Shown here piece after piece: positions 17,591 to 26,911 of a DNA stretch of 32,000 bases. The position numbers and the translations under genes were made by a program. Source of the DNA: Promethearchaeota archaeon (lineage in GTDB: Archaea; Asgardarchaeota; Lokiarchaeia; Sigyniarchaeales; SOKP01). The stretch is taken from positions 1 through 32,000 of the forward strand of contig JAUWGH010000012.1 in NCBI GenBank assembly GCA_030606485.1. Reading direction: 5' to 3'. The notes under the pieces are model-generated. The model did not search any database. It was not told the origin of the DNA and saw only the letters and a list, made by a program, of their open reading frames with translations. Position 1 is the first letter of the stretch, and every line of letters starts with the position of its first letter.

Positions 17591-19066
17591 TTAAAATCTA
17601 AACTTACCTGGACTTATTAAATTGTTAGGATCGCACAATTTCTTTACTTGTTTGAAAAAATTATAATATTCTTCAGAATAAACCCTTGAATCAATAATTA
17701 CTTGAGAGCCTATTTGACCACACATGTATAATACCATTCCTTCTTTTAGCATAAATTCAAATTGATTGCGCCAAAGTTCAATTACACCTTCTTTTAATTC
17801 TTCGTCATGTGTTGCGGACAGACCGCTTCCAATATAACAGCTATTATGATCCAACATTACTACGTGACTGACTCCTGCTTCTGCATCTACTTCATATAAA
17901 GCTTCTTCATTTTTTGTTAGCCAATCGTCTAATTTATGTAGCATTTCAGGAAATTTAACGATTGGAACCTTCATTTCAGTGGTACAGGCAAAATAATCTG
18001 GTCCCATTACTGAGAATAAGGCATGATATATTTGCCAGTGTCCTTGTTCTCCATAAAACCAATTAGTAATATTTCCCTCCTCTTTACTTGGACCTAATTC
18101 TCTGGTCGAATATTTTTTTGCGATATTTTCTAAAATTTCCGAGTTTCTCTCCAAAATTTTCTCATCGTAAGCTTCAGTAACATAAAAAACAACCCCCCCA
18201 CTTATATCTCCCCATGACTCAATCAAATTTTCTACCGTTATACCCATTGTAGAAGGTGGTGGTGTAAAAAAATAATCATAAATTCCTAAATGATTTGTCC
18301 AACCCATTTTCATCATTTCTTGAACCATATTACAGGAATTTTCATAGGGATCTTTTTCAAGCAAGTAAGTTTTACCTGCATAATAAGGAGGTTTAGGATA
18401 TATCTTTAATGTTGCAGTAGTTTTTATGCCCATTGTGCCATTATCTCCAAGAAAGATACCCATTAAATCAGGACCAAGACCAAGCCGTATAAATGGTTTT
18501 TTTACATATTGGCTTGCACTTGAACCAAATGTTAAAACTTCCCCAGTTCCTAACACAATTTCTAAATCAACGCAATTTTCAGTGCATTCTCCATACTTTG
18601 CACAACCCCCACCACCTCCTGAATGATGAGATAACCCTCCACCGACTGCAGCGGCTAACCCACTTCCAGGACCCATATTACCTGTATAATAACCTTTATC
18701 AAACAATCTAGCATTGAGTTGAGACCAATTTATTCCACATTGAACCGTGACGCAATGATTATCTTCATCAATGTCTAAAATTTTATTCATTCTTTTCATA
18801 TCTACTAAAATTGTTTCTTCACTAATGGGTTTACTACCTCCCATCAAGCCACAACCACCACCTCTTGGTAAGATTGGGGCTTTATATTTATTGGCAACCC
18901 TTACAATTTCAGATACTTGTTCAGTAGATTCTGGTCTTATCACGATTTGTGGGATTATCTCTGGTAGAACTGGATCTAATCCCCTAGAATAAGATATATT
19001 TATGTAATCTTTATCTGAGCAATATTTATTTCCCACAATTTTGGCTAATTCATCATATAAACCCAT
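17591..19066 (-). CDS. FAD-linked oxidoreductase, GlcD/D-lactate dehydrogenase/alkyl-DHAP synthase (VAO) family
   Basis: PQIVIRPESTEQVSEIV, PRGGGCGLMGG, VDMKRMNKIL, KYG, LGDNGTMGI, DPNNLISPGK; GAGGGA upstream; 83 bp upstream of the Fe-S gene on the same strand. Confidence 0.92.
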   Translation of the reverse strand: MGLYDELAKIVGNKYCSDKDYINISYSRGLDPVLPEIIPQIVIRPESTEQVSEIVRVANKYKAPILPRGGGCGLMGGSKPISEETILVDMKRMNKILDIDEDNHCVTVQCGINWSQLNARLFDKGYYTGNMGPGSGLAAAVGGGLSHHSGGGGGCAKYGECTENCVDLEIVLGTGEVLTFGSSASQYVKKPFIRLGLGPDLMGIFLGDNGTMGIKTTATLKIYPKPPYYAGKTYLLEKDPYENSCNMVQEMMKMGWTNHLGIYDYFFTPPPSTMGITVENLIESWGDISGGVVFYVTEAYDEKILERNSEILENIAKKYSTRELGPSKEEGNITNWFYGEQGHWQIYHALFSVMGPDYFACTTEMKVPIVKFPEMLHKLDDWLTKNEEALYEVDAEAGVSHVVMLDHNSCYIGSGLSATHDEELKEGVIELWRNQFEFMLKEGMVLYMCGQIGSQVIIDSRVYSEEYYNFFKQVKKLCDPNNLISPGKFRF

Positions 19067-19207
19067 AAAAAATATCCCTCATAACTTAGTTTATTATTAA
19101 GTCTAAAAAAATAATTAATTTTTTCTGATAATATAGACTCAGTAAGAATATATATAATATTGTTTTAATTAAATCCTTTATTAAAATTGCTTTTAATCGC
19201 TTGTAGC

Positions 19208-20425
19208 TCAAACAGTGTAGGAATTTGAACAAGAATTATCTATTTTTTTTATAATTTGCATGCATATTTTAAAGACATTAACCAAATTTTTAAAATCTAC
19301 ATTTTCAATGACGTCATCCCTTGTATGATAAAAAAGTTCTTTTGATGAGTGTGGTATACTACTTATTGAAGTGGTTGCAATATTTTTACGGCTAAAGCTT
19401 AATGAATCCGTATATGCCATTAAAGGGGCTAATCTTACATTTATATTTAACTCTTTAGCGGTATCGTTTATAAGCCCCACAATTTTCTTATCCATTTTCA
19501 CTAAGCCAAAAATTTCAGTTGTACTTATTTGAAGTATCCCATTTTTATTTCCCACATTATCAACATTTATTACTATAGCATTTTTAATTTCATCTAAATG
19601 GGATTTAACAAACGCTTTACTTCCTTTAGACCCAATTTCTTCGCATCCATAGGAATTAATCCAAATTTCTACTGAATTAGGCTTATTTTTAGGATGGTTC
19701 AAATTTTTAGCTAATTCATAACATACTGCAGTTCCTGATAGATTATCATTAGCCCCCATAACAGAACGATTTGAAATTATAAAAAATAATTGAATTAAGA
19801 TAATTGGAACACCAGCTATAAATATCCAAAAAAAAAAGAAGTAAATACTAGAAAAGATCACTTGCATTTGAAAAATAATCAAGAAATTCTGAATTAATAA
19901 AATCACTAATAAAATTACATTTAAAAATAGATTTATTGCAATAATTACCGCAAACCCGGAATGAATTTTTCTAATTAATGAAAATTCCCAATTTGAGTCG
20001 ATATGACTTCCAATAATTATAATTTTTTTTCTCATTTCCTTGGGTTTTATTTTTCCTATAACATTTTGAGAGTTCTTTTTAGAAAAAAAAGGATCAATAA
20101 TTTCTTTAACAAAACACATTTCTCCCCATAAAATTAAAACTGAAATTACTGTAATAATTAAACTTAGCCAGGGGGACAAAAAATAAAAACAGATTCCAAT
20201 AATATACAAAATCATCGGTATTCTAAATGCTGCCTTATATGCTCCGGGATGTGTATAAAATTTTTCAATGGTAATCTTATCACAATACTTTTTGATTGTA
20301 TTATAAAAAAATTTAGACCCCTCTGCTTCTTTCTTAGAGCAAGGTGGGCGCGGTCCTATTTTTTCACAAATTTCGAGAATATAATTTCTCATATCTTTCT
20401 CTAGAACAGCATTTGAATTTTGCAA
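19208..20425 (-). CDS. M28 family metallopeptidase with inserted transmembrane hairpins
   Basis: GPRPPCS, GSHIDS, GANDNLSG, GCEEIG, VDNVG, AYTDS, YHTRDD; TTG start supported by GAGGT 7 nt upstream. Confidence 0.88.
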   Translation of the reverse strand: MQNSNAVLEKDMRNYILEICEKIGPRPPCSKKEAEGSKFFYNTIKKYCDKITIEKFYTHPGAYKAAFRIPMILYIIGICFYFLSPWLSLIITVISVLILWGEMCFVKEIIDPFFSKKNSQNVIGKIKPKEMRKKIIIIGSHIDSNWEFSLIRKIHSGFAVIIAINLFLNVILLVILLIQNFLIIFQMQVIFSSIYFFFFWIFIAGVPIILIQLFFIISNRSVMGANDNLSGTAVCYELAKNLNHPKNKPNSVEIWINSYGCEEIGSKGSKAFVKSHLDEIKNAIVINVDNVGNKNGILQISTTEIFGLVKMDKKIVGLINDTAKELNINVRLAPLMAYTDSLSFSRKNIATTSISSIPHSSKELFYHTRDDVIENVDFKNLVNVFKICMQIIKKIDNSCSNSYTV

Positions 20426-20577
20426 AATAAAAACCTCTATTAAATATTGATCGAAAATTAATTTAAATTAGGCTTAAGAATGATAATTTATAAGTAATCT
20501 AAAAGTCTTAATCTTTTTTATTGAATAAAATTACTATAATTAGTTAAAAAAATTTTTATACTGATCAGGCTGGGAAA

Positions 20578-21597
20578 ATGTCAAAAGTTTTAATAACTGG
20601 TGCAAATGGATTTATTGGGGCGAATATTGTAAGAGCAGCTTTAAAGAAACGTTATGAAGTTAAAGCATTTGTCAGAAAAACATCAAATTTAATAAACCTT
20701 AGGGATTTAGATATTGATTTTGCTTATGGTGATTTGAGGGATATCAAATCCATAAGTAAAGCAATGGATGATTGTGATTTTATAATTCATGCGGGAGCAA
20801 TTTACATATTTTTACCTATGTGGTTTTGGGCAGATCCTAAAAAAATACAGGCAATATATGATGTGAATGTATGGGCTACAAATAAATTAATGAAAGAAGC
20901 AAAGGAAAAAGGAATTAAAAAAGTAATTTTTACAAGTTCAGAAAGTGCTGTAGGTATGCCATCTGATGGTTCTTTAGGAGATGAAAAACTTTATGCAAAA
21001 CCAAAAGAATTACCTGGTCATTATAAGAGATCAAAGTATTTGGGTGAATTAATAGCACAAAAATGGAATAAAAAGGGATTAACAACTTGTTCTATTCTTC
21101 CAACCGTTCCTATCGGCCCTTATGATATAAAACCTACACCTACTGGCAGGATTATAAGGGATTTCATGAACGGGAAAATGCCGGGTTTTGTTGATACAAG
21201 ATTGAATATTGTTTCTGTTAAAGATGTTGCAATGGCACATGTTCTTGCGATTAAGAATGGAAAAGGAGGAGAACGTTATATTGCAGGAAATAAAAATATG
21301 TCCTTCGGAGATTTCTTACGTTTAATTGCTGATGTTGCAGGAAAAAAAGCTCCAATTTTTATGTTTCCAAAAATTTTAGCGAAAATGTTTGCATTCTTCG
21401 ATGAATTCATCTCGTGTAAAATAAGACATACCGACCCACAAACACCTTTAGAGAGTGTTGCCGCTTCTGAGCATTATCGAGAATTCGATTGTTCTAAAGC
21501 ATGGACCGAGTTGATGATGCCTAGAACAAATTTATATATTGCTATTAGGGAACAAATTGACTGGTTTTATCAAAATGGTTATATAAAAGCTAAGTAA
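20578..21597 (+). CDS. NAD-dependent epimerase/dehydratase, HpnA/dihydroflavonol-4-reductase-like extended SDR
   Basis: TGANGFIG, YKRSK, PIGPYDIKPTPTGRII..F.NGKMP..VDT.LN, GERYI. Confidence 0.88.
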   Translation: MSKVLITGANGFIGANIVRAALKKRYEVKAFVRKTSNLINLRDLDIDFAYGDLRDIKSISKAMDDCDFIIHAGAIYIFLPMWFWADPKKIQAIYDVNVWATNKLMKEAKEKGIKKVIFTSSESAVGMPSDGSLGDEKLYAKPKELPGHYKRSKYLGELIAQKWNKKGLTTCSILPTVPIGPYDIKPTPTGRIIRDFMNGKMPGFVDTRLNIVSVKDVAMAHVLAIKNGKGGERYIAGNKNMSFGDFLRLIADVAGKKAPIFMFPKILAKMFAFFDEFISCKIRHTDPQTPLESVAASEHYREFDCSKAWTELMMPRTNLYIAIREQIDWFYQNGYIKAK

Positions 21598-21628
21598 AAT
21601 ATTATAGAAATATACTTTTAATAATTTT

Positions 21629-22759
21629 TCATAGTTCATAATGTTTTACTATATCGGCAACCATTTCCACTTTCCTAAAATCAGCATTTGGAGGCAGTTC
21701 ATCAGATACACCTAAAATAAGATTTGGAGAGAACATCTCTAACACTTTTTGAGTATATTTTTTCACATATTTAAATGAGTATAGAGGTAAGAAAATTAAG
21801 GCGGGAATTCCATCAAGAAAAATTTTTTTACCTATGGAATCTTGAATTTCTTCTAAAGTTACATCACCCTGGGGTTTAGCTGTTAGGGCTTCTAAACCGT
21901 CAAATGGTAATCCTTCTAAATATGGAAGTAAATCCTTTAAAGAACCGTCCATATGAATGTGGCAATATTTCCCAACTCTATGAAATTGTTTTACTCGTTT
22001 TTCATAATATGGAATTAGAAACTTTTCAAAATATCTCGGAGGACTTAAATTACAATCAATATTTTCTCCGAAATTAAAAATTTTAATTGGGGAATTGCAT
22101 AGAATTTCAAACATATCATCATCACAACCGTCCATAAATTTCATTAAATCTTCCATTTCATTCGGATATCGCCTTAAATTTATAATTGTCCTTTCAAAAC
22201 CCATATATTGTGTTATTAAACTCATATAAGGAGAACGAGCAAAATAGGTACCTACAACACCTCTATCTCCAATTATTTTTTTTGCTAACTTAAAAATTGG
22301 CAAATAAAAATGAAATTTTGTATGTTTTATAATATATTTTAAAATTTTCATATCATTAACAGTTTTAACTGGATATTCAACAAGATGCCCTCCTCGACTT
22401 TTTTTATAAAGATTCCCTAATTTAGTTTTATACACGGTGATTAACGTTCCATCCGTTCTATCACGTGCCCATTTAACTCGAATATGTCTTATTTTTTTAC
22501 GTGGCCATATTAATGGCAAGTAAAAATTTTCTATAACATATCTTGGACTAGCTTCAAGATAATCAAAAATTCCCAGTAAACTTTTTCTTAAAATATATTT
22601 AGGTATCTTACCAGCACATTTTTTATCAGTTCTTGGTCGCCTCCATAGACGGTTTCCATAGTACCAGTAATAAAGCCTGGGGCTAAATACTATTCTATCA
22701 ATTGTTTTTCGAGAAAATGTGTTTAAAACTCTTTGCCGAAGTGTTAATACTTTTGACAT
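21629..22759 (-). CDS. Uroporphyrinogen decarboxylase / MtaA-CmuA-like TIM-barrel protein
   Basis: YPVKTVND, MGFERT...LRRYP, GENID, YFEKFLIPYYEKRV, HIHMDG, ILGVSDELPP. Confidence 0.82.
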   Translation of the reverse strand: MSKVLTLRQRVLNTFSRKTIDRIVFSPRLYYWYYGNRLWRRPRTDKKCAGKIPKYILRKSLLGIFDYLEASPRYVIENFYLPLIWPRKKIRHIRVKWARDRTDGTLITVYKTKLGNLYKKSRGGHLVEYPVKTVNDMKILKYIIKHTKFHFYLPIFKLAKKIIGDRGVVGTYFARSPYMSLITQYMGFERTIINLRRYPNEMEDLMKFMDGCDDDMFEILCNSPIKIFNFGENIDCNLSPPRYFEKFLIPYYEKRVKQFHRVGKYCHIHMDGSLKDLLPYLEGLPFDGLEALTAKPQGDVTLEEIQDSIGKKIFLDGIPALIFLPLYSFKYVKKYTQKVLEMFSPNLILGVSDELPPNADFRKVEMVADIVKHYEL

Positions 22760-22984
22760 AATTAATAACTCACATAACTCAAAAATATGTTTAGTTTTAA
22801 ATTTTATAAATTTTTAATATGAAAAGTTATATTGAAACAAAAAATTAAAAAAAATAAAAAGTAAGGCAAGATCGTTTAATTAAATAGAGCGACTTCAATA
22901 GATTTTTAAAAGATAACCATTTTTTCAATATTAATTAAAACTGGAAACCTATACTATATTTTAATAATTTAGGTAGAAATATAT

Positions 22985-24055
22985 TTGAAATTATTTGTCA
23001 CTTTATCATATTTTCACAGTAAAATCGGTCCATATATATATTGTTCATTTCCAGAAAAAGCTTTAGATGCCCAATTAATGCGTAAAATTGCAAACCTTAT
23101 GGATCACCCACTTGATGAAGGCTTTTTTAATTATAATTTTGAAGATCTTAATTCTATGAATTATTATTTTGAAATTTACTCTGGTTGGGCGCGTGGTGGC
23201 AGACAAATGTTAATGTTATCCGTAATTGTAAATCAAATTGTTACTCAAGAGAGAGAAAAAAATGTTCTATCATGGTTTATTGAAATTATAGAAAAGTTAC
23301 AATCTAATGAAGAGGCCTATAAAGCATTCCATTTATATGAAAAACAAAAATATGATGAGAAAATTCAAAAAAATATTGAAGAAAATGAAAAATTAGTTAA
23401 GAGCTGGTTAAAAGAAATATATTGGGCATCATTAGAGGAATTTCGTGATAAGAGTGAAGAAGAAAAAATAGCATCTGTTTTTAAAGATAAAGAAATCTTT
23501 GATACTCATGAAAAGCTTTCTATAGGTGCTATTGCATATGATGATTTACAAAAATGGTTTAATGAAAATTTTAAACAATCATTGTTTGATGGCGTAATAA
23601 AAAAATTATTAGATAATCAATTTATTTTGTTAACCGAAATTATCTACGAACAACATATACTCCTTTTAAAAGAAGTTAAAGCTATAAGAATGCCACCAAA
23701 AAGTCTAATAGAGCATTTTGACGAAAGTCCAAAAATTAGTGATCTTGTTGTCCATAAGGTTAAAAAAGTTTTTGATAAATATATTCCAACTAAGGAAGAT
23801 TCATTTCAATTATTTCAATTTATTGCAGATCCTAAAATATACAATGTACTTTCAAAACTACGAACAGGTCCTATCTTAAAAAACACCCTACCTAATCTAA
23901 TTTCAGAAAATGCTTTTACTTCATTGCTTGAAATTCTCAAAATTTTGAAAAAACATGAAATTATTGATGAATTTAAATATAAAAGGGAAATTTTTGTTGT
24001 TTTAATAGCTGATATTCAAATTACTACATCCTTTCCTAAATATCTAAGAAAATAA
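22985..24055 (+). CDS. uDENN/longin-domain protein (NPRL2/folliculin-like N-terminus) with putative C-terminal winged helices
   Basis: TTG start; YFHSKIGPYIYCSFPE resembles NPRL2 FHPTLGPKITYQVPE; WARGGRQMLMLSVI resembles the FLCN/SMCR8 ARG motif; two helical wHTH-like segments follow. Confidence 0.65.
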   Translation: MKLFVTLSYFHSKIGPYIYCSFPEKALDAQLMRKIANLMDHPLDEGFFNYNFEDLNSMNYYFEIYSGWARGGRQMLMLSVIVNQIVTQEREKNVLSWFIEIIEKLQSNEEAYKAFHLYEKQKYDEKIQKNIEENEKLVKSWLKEIYWASLEEFRDKSEEEKIASVFKDKEIFDTHEKLSIGAIAYDDLQKWFNENFKQSLFDGVIKKLLDNQFILLTEIIYEQHILLLKEVKAIRMPPKSLIEHFDESPKISDLVVHKVKKVFDKYIPTKEDSFQLFQFIADPKIYNVLSKLRTGPILKNTLPNLISENAFTSLLEILKILKKHEIIDEFKYKREIFVVLIADIQITTSFPKYLRK

Positions 24056-24062
24056 TAAAAAT

Positions 24063-25154
24063 CTATGGAACGGTTAAAAAATTTAATAGATTTCTTTGTT
24101 TGAATTTTATCTTAGTATCTAAATTGGATAATTTAATTCCAATAAGACGAATTTTTCTTTTTCCTTTCGAAAATTCCTTAAACAACTCTAAAATAATTTC
24201 TAACGTTTTTTTCTCATTTTGTATAGGAATGAAAAGTGATTTAGATCGAGTAAAAGTAATGAACCCCTGAAATCTAATCTTTAAAGTTATTGTTTTATAG
24301 AAAATATTGTGTTTAATTATTTTTTTATGAATTTTCTTATTGATCTCTTCAAAAGTTTTAAGTATTAATTTAAAATCATCTGTATCTTCAAGAAACGTTT
24401 TTTCTCTACTGATTGATTTTCGTTCCTCTCTAAACTCTTGCACAGGTCTAATATTTAATCCATTTACGATCTCCCAAATCCATTTTCCACTTTTACTAAA
24501 TAGCTCAATCATCTTGGGTAAGGGGATTTTGATGAAATCACCGATTACTTTTATTCCTTTCTCGTTATAGTATTTTTTAGTTATTTTTCCAATCCCGGGA
24601 ATCCTAATAATATCCATATTTTCTAAGAATGATTTTATATTTTCTGGTTCAACTACTGTAATTCCATTGGGTTTATCATGATCTGAACTAATTTTAGCTA
24701 AAGTTTTTGTAGGGGCACAACCAATAGAACATGTAATACTCTCTGATCTATAAATTTCTTCTTTTATATTTTCCGCTATCTCCCTTGCTTCTTTAAAGTC
24801 AGAACATATTTTTGTTATGTCCAAATAGGCTTCATCAGAACCAACTTGTTGGAAAGCTGGTGAATATTTTCTAATAATGCTCATTACATTTTTAGAAACT
24901 GCACTATATTTAGCAAAATTAGGTCGAATAAATATCGCATGAGGACATAATTTGTATGCCTGAGATATTGGTGTAGCTGAATGAATTCTATATCTTCTCG
25001 CCTCATAAGAACACGTGGCTACAACTCCTCTACCCTTTCCCTCTTTAGGATCCGCTCCTACAATAAGGGGTTTTCCTTTATATTCTGGATTATCTCTCGC
25101 TTCAACTGCGGCAAAAAAGCAATCCATATCGATGTGAAAAATAATACGACCCAT
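24063..25154 (-). CDS. dinB: DNA polymerase IV (Y family)
   Basis: FHIDMDCFFAAVE, CSYEARRY, SDEAYLD, SIGCAPTKTLAKISSDHDKPNG, IPGIGK, little-finger RKSISREKTF. Confidence 0.96.
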   Translation of the reverse strand: MGRIIFHIDMDCFFAAVEARDNPEYKGKPLIVGADPKEGKGRGVVATCSYEARRYRIHSATPISQAYKLCPHAIFIRPNFAKYSAVSKNVMSIIRKYSPAFQQVGSDEAYLDITKICSDFKEAREIAENIKEEIYRSESITCSIGCAPTKTLAKISSDHDKPNGITVVEPENIKSFLENMDIIRIPGIGKITKKYYNEKGIKVIGDFIKIPLPKMIELFSKSGKWIWEIVNGLNIRPVQEFREERKSISREKTFLEDTDDFKLILKTFEEINKKIHKKIIKHNIFYKTITLKIRFQGFITFTRSKSLFIPIQNEKKTLEIILELFKEFSKGKRKIRLIGIKLSNLDTKIKFKQRNLLNFLTVP

Positions 25155-25426
25155 TATCTTATTTTATTAGGGCTTTTATTTAAAATAAAATGTAATTAAA
25201 ATGTTTAAATTAAGAGAAATAACATTGAAATTTAAAAAAAAAGACTCAAAGATTTAACTAATTTTCTAATATGTTCTTCAACATCAACCTTTCTTGTAAT
25301 CATCATCTTCAACTTTATAAATCAAATCACAAATAATAATTATTGATTCTAATGTCATTTTTCAGCGTAAATATTAAAAATATGAACATTAATGAATGCT
25401 GTGGTTGGACAAAAAATAAAGGGATT

Positions 25427-26629
25427 TTAATTAATCATTTCTTCAGATTTTTTCCAAGCTTCAGAATTAATTTTTCTAATTCTATTAACAAATTCTTCTT
25501 CAGAAATATTCTCTTCATCAGCTAGGATATCATTTACTTTTTTAATTATTGGGTTTTCAATTTCTTTCGATTTTTTAACAAATTCCTGGTACTCTATTTT
25601 GTTAAAATGATTTTTAAATGGCTTAATAAAATCACTATGTTTACTCCATAACCATTCTGAATCTATTTTATCATTAGGTTTGGGTTCTAAAACTTTTAAT
25701 CCTGCTACAGGAAATATATAAGGCTTAAAAACACTTAAACATGGTAACATTGTACCTGTGAACCAATGAATTGATTTCCTCGAATTTGATCTAAGTAAAC
25801 TTACCTGACTTCCAGCTGATGGCGTTCCACGGTGCATACACAAACCAACTTTATGCTCTCGTAGAAATTCCATCATCAATGTAGGGGTTATTTTTCCTTT
25901 ATTTTCAGTTAATAGTTGCAAAGATCTACCATCTCGACAAGTAGGTGGAAATTTCTCTGGAATTGGTGCAGCTGAAAAATTTTTAGCAAAGTTAAAATCA
26001 TCATCATCTTTACAATAACCCTTTTCTATAGTATATTGTACTATTCCATCCCTTCTGAAATCACCTTTTCCCCGAATTGATAAATTATTTGAAATAGATC
26101 TTACATCTTTAACTACTTCAACAACCCACCACATATCTGCTGTTTCTAATAAGAAAGCTTCTTTAGGATCAGCAATTAAAAATGAATTATGGTAAGACCA
26201 TCCTTGAGCTCCAAAAGCACAGCTCCCTCCTTGTCCAAATTTTTCTAATAATTTTATGATCATATCAAGTGCTTCTTTTGCTGTTTTACCTCTTTCGAGT
26301 CCTAAACGTAAGAGATCCATTCCTAATAAGCCGGTATCTCTTAATGGTTCCTTAGTAAAAACAGCTTCATTACCAATAACTACACCATATTCATTTGTAC
26401 CCATTTCAGCACCATACATCCACCAAGGTTGGCTTAATAATACTGCAGCATTCTCGTTAACTTGAGGAATCGAAATATAGGTGCATTTTAATTCCTCTCC
26501 AATAGCATGCTTGGTTCTGGGAGAATAGGTAATTAGTTGAGCTTCTGATTGAGGTCTATCACTATTTTTTCCAAAAATCACATCCCCATTTTTAGTACTA
26601 TTTGTTAATGCAAGAAATGTATCACACAT
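25427..26629 (-). CDS. Peptidase C69 / secernin-like Ntn-hydrolase
   Basis: N-terminal MCD nucleophile, GKNSDR, GAEMGTNEYGVVIGNEA, GMDLLRLGLER, HNSFLIAD. Confidence 0.9.
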   Translation of the reverse strand: MCDTFLALTNSTKNGDVIFGKNSDRPQSEAQLITYSPRTKHAIGEELKCTYISIPQVNENAAVLLSQPWWMYGAEMGTNEYGVVIGNEAVFTKEPLRDTGLLGMDLLRLGLERGKTAKEALDMIIKLLEKFGQGGSCAFGAQGWSYHNSFLIADPKEAFLLETADMWWVVEVVKDVRSISNNLSIRGKGDFRRDGIVQYTIEKGYCKDDDDFNFAKNFSAAPIPEKFPPTCRDGRSLQLLTENKGKITPTLMMEFLREHKVGLCMHRGTPSAGSQVSLLRSNSRKSIHWFTGTMLPCLSVFKPYIFPVAGLKVLEPKPNDKIDSEWLWSKHSDFIKPFKNHFNKIEYQEFVKKSKEIENPIIKKVNDILADEENISEEEFVNRIRKINSEAWKKSEEMIN

Positions 26630-26637
26630 AATAATTC

Positions 26638-26658
26638 AAATAGAAATAGAAATAGAAA
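26638..26658. repeat. Short hexamer tandem (AAATAG)x3.5
   Basis: aaatag aaatag aaatag aaa, 8 nt upstream of the C69 start codon (minus strand). Confidence 0.6.
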
Positions 26659-26911
26659 GTAAAAAAAGTTTTATTATTTTAAAAATGGAAATCAAAAAAG
26701 ATAATTTGAAAGAAATAAAATAACTTTCGATTTTTTCAAATGCTTTTCTAATCAATTTAGGATAGAATCTAAAATTATTTACATTAGATTGAATTTTCTT
26801 GTAGAAATTTAATACTTAATGCGAATTAATAGTTATTTAAAATTAGGTTTAAGAACAATAAAATTATAATTAATTTATTATTACAATTGAAAAATCTTAT
26901 TAAAATATGAA

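Noticed and set aside
18426-18992. Three plus-strand ORFs including one ending in PPPPP
   Set aside because: Antisense to the FAD oxidase; the poly-Pro mirrors its GGGGG loop.
25232-25306. 24-codon minus-strand ORF MMITRKVDVEEHIRKLVKSLSLFF upstream of dinB
   Set aside because: Too short, no RBS and no recognisable homology.
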